Positions 63,295 to 64,000 of a stretch of DNA of 64,000 nt are shown piece by piece (within the stretch, counting starts at the first letter, position 1; the number at the start of each line of letters is the position of its first letter). Where the stretch lies: positions 20,575 through 84,574 of the forward strand of contig JABDFU010000002.1 in the NCBI GenBank assembly GCA_013286385.1, given 5' to 3'. Under the pieces are notes generated by a model. It worked only from the letters and a program-made list of their open reading frames with translations, did not search any database and had not been told where the DNA came from. The translations under genes were made by a program, and so were the position numbers. The DNA comes from Bacteroidota bacterium. GTDB taxonomy: Bacteria; Bacteroidota; Bacteroidia; JABDFU01.

Positions 63295-64000
63295 GTGAAA
63301 AAATGCCTGACGCTGCTTTATATTCTGCTTTTTTCGTTTTCAGTTCAGTTGCAAGCACAGATTTATGAAGCGGCCGAATTAACCTACTCCCGGGTATCGG
63401 GAAATACGTATGATTTTACAGTGAGGGCTTACGTTCGTGACAGCACAAAGGTTCAACAGATTTATTTTAATTTCGGGGGAGGTATCATTGCCGTGAGTCC
63501 CACCTCTTCAAAAGCAGATACATTTTATTTCACTGCCTCCCAAACACTCGACGGCCCCGGGTCTTATTATGTAACTGCAACATTACCCAACAGGGTGGCC
63601 GGGATTCAGAACATTCCCGGCAGTGATACAACGGCAATCGGCTTAATGGCTCTTTTGGTAATAAATCCTTCATTAGGTCCCGGTTTTTTTCCTTGTCCTG
63701 TTTACCACAATCCTCCAATTGCTACCGGTGGACTGACAACGTATTCCTATAATTCAGATGCCACAGTCTCAATAAGTGATAGCCTGAGCTACAAAATACT
63801 ACCGTGCCGAAATGTCTCCGGCTATACGTATCCTTCTTCAAGCGGAACGTTCCGTATCGATTCTTTAACCGGAACTGTTGTTTGGAATGCACCCGTGTCT
63901 ACGGGGTTGTTTAATTTTTGTATTGAAATTGATGAATTTTTTGACGGATATATAGTCGGTAGCAGTATGAGAGAAGTTGAAGTAAAAATTTCAAATCTGT
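63295..64000 (+). CDS. N-terminal 235 aa of another large surface protein (open to the window end)
   Basis: Hand translation from the GTG at 63295: (M)KKCLTLLYILLFSFSVQLQAQIYEAAELTYSRVSGNTYDFTVRAYVRD...FRIDSLTGTVVWNAPVSTGLFNFCIEIDEF. Signal peptide plus an AAE.TY..v....Y.f....YRD start, as seen in gliding-CTD proteins. No stop before position 64000. Confidence 0.55.
   Translation, partial: MKKCLTLLYILLFSFSVQLQAQIYEAAELTYSRVSGNTYDFTVRAYVRDSTKVQQIYFNFGGGIIAVSPTSSKADTFYFTASQTLDGPGSYYVTATLPNRVAGIQNIPGSDTTAIGLMALLVINPSLGPGFFPCPVYHNPPIATGGLTTYSYNSDATVSISDSLSYKILPCRNVSGYTYPSSSGTFRIDSLTGTVVWNAPVSTGLFNFCIEIDEFFDGYIVGSSMREVEVKISNL

Overview
The window reads as a chromosomal segment of a Bacteroidota genome, probably a gliding or T9SS-bearing lineage. 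Three things support this: several proteins end in type A (..YPNP..) or type B (..F[ST]PNGDG.ND..DRWG..) type IX secretion sorting domains; there are many SprB-type repeats; and TAnnTTTG -7 promoter boxes sit upstream of genes with no Shine-Dalgarno sequences. I could not run any searches, so every call rests on my own reading of the supplied translations, on motifs, and on a few ORFs I translated by hand that the ORF track misses.

Content from start to end:
- 1-3.4 kb: housekeeping genes (DHOase-like, BatA-type, TIGR02757).
- 3.6-11.4 kb: adhesin locus 1. A 2.2k-aa SBBP/PKD/SprB-repeat type B T9SS protein lies 7 nt downstream of a tail-fibre-family paralog.
- 11.6-13.2 kb: an AT-rich 508-aa helical protein transcribed divergently from locus 1.
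- 13.2-13.6 kb: a decayed toxin-antitoxin/DUF3820 scar.
- 13.7-20.0 kb: an 8-gene co-directional string, listed in reverse of transcription order (MFS, ABC ATPase, two small proteins, DUF4835, coaBC, rpoZ, bamD).
- 20-23 kb: an alpha-oxoamine synthase, a histone-H1-like mini-gene, and dapA.
- 23-38.6 kb: two paralogous periplasmic-propeller/PP2C (SpoIIE) sensors bracket a redox block (LuxC-like reductase, ferredoxin, trxB, ahpC, a second peroxiredoxin).
- 38.6-56.6 kb: adhesin locus 2. It holds a 4042-aa protein with roughly four dozen SprB repeats, a T9SS propeller, a T9SS subtilisin, and a tail-fibre protein with an S74 self-cleaving chaperone.
- 57-64 kb: a mixed accessory region with at least four broken genes, His-rich and Cys-rich small secreted proteins, hup, an SDR, and the start of a third large surface protein.

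The two giant genes alone occupy about 29% of the window. I found no rRNA, tRNA, CRISPR array, transposase or integrase.

The most interesting candidate is the recurrent pairing of giant SprB-repeat T9SS adhesins with phage-tail-fibre-family proteins. In locus 2 these also sit with a dedicated protease and propeller, and PP2C-output sensors lie beside both cargo clusters.
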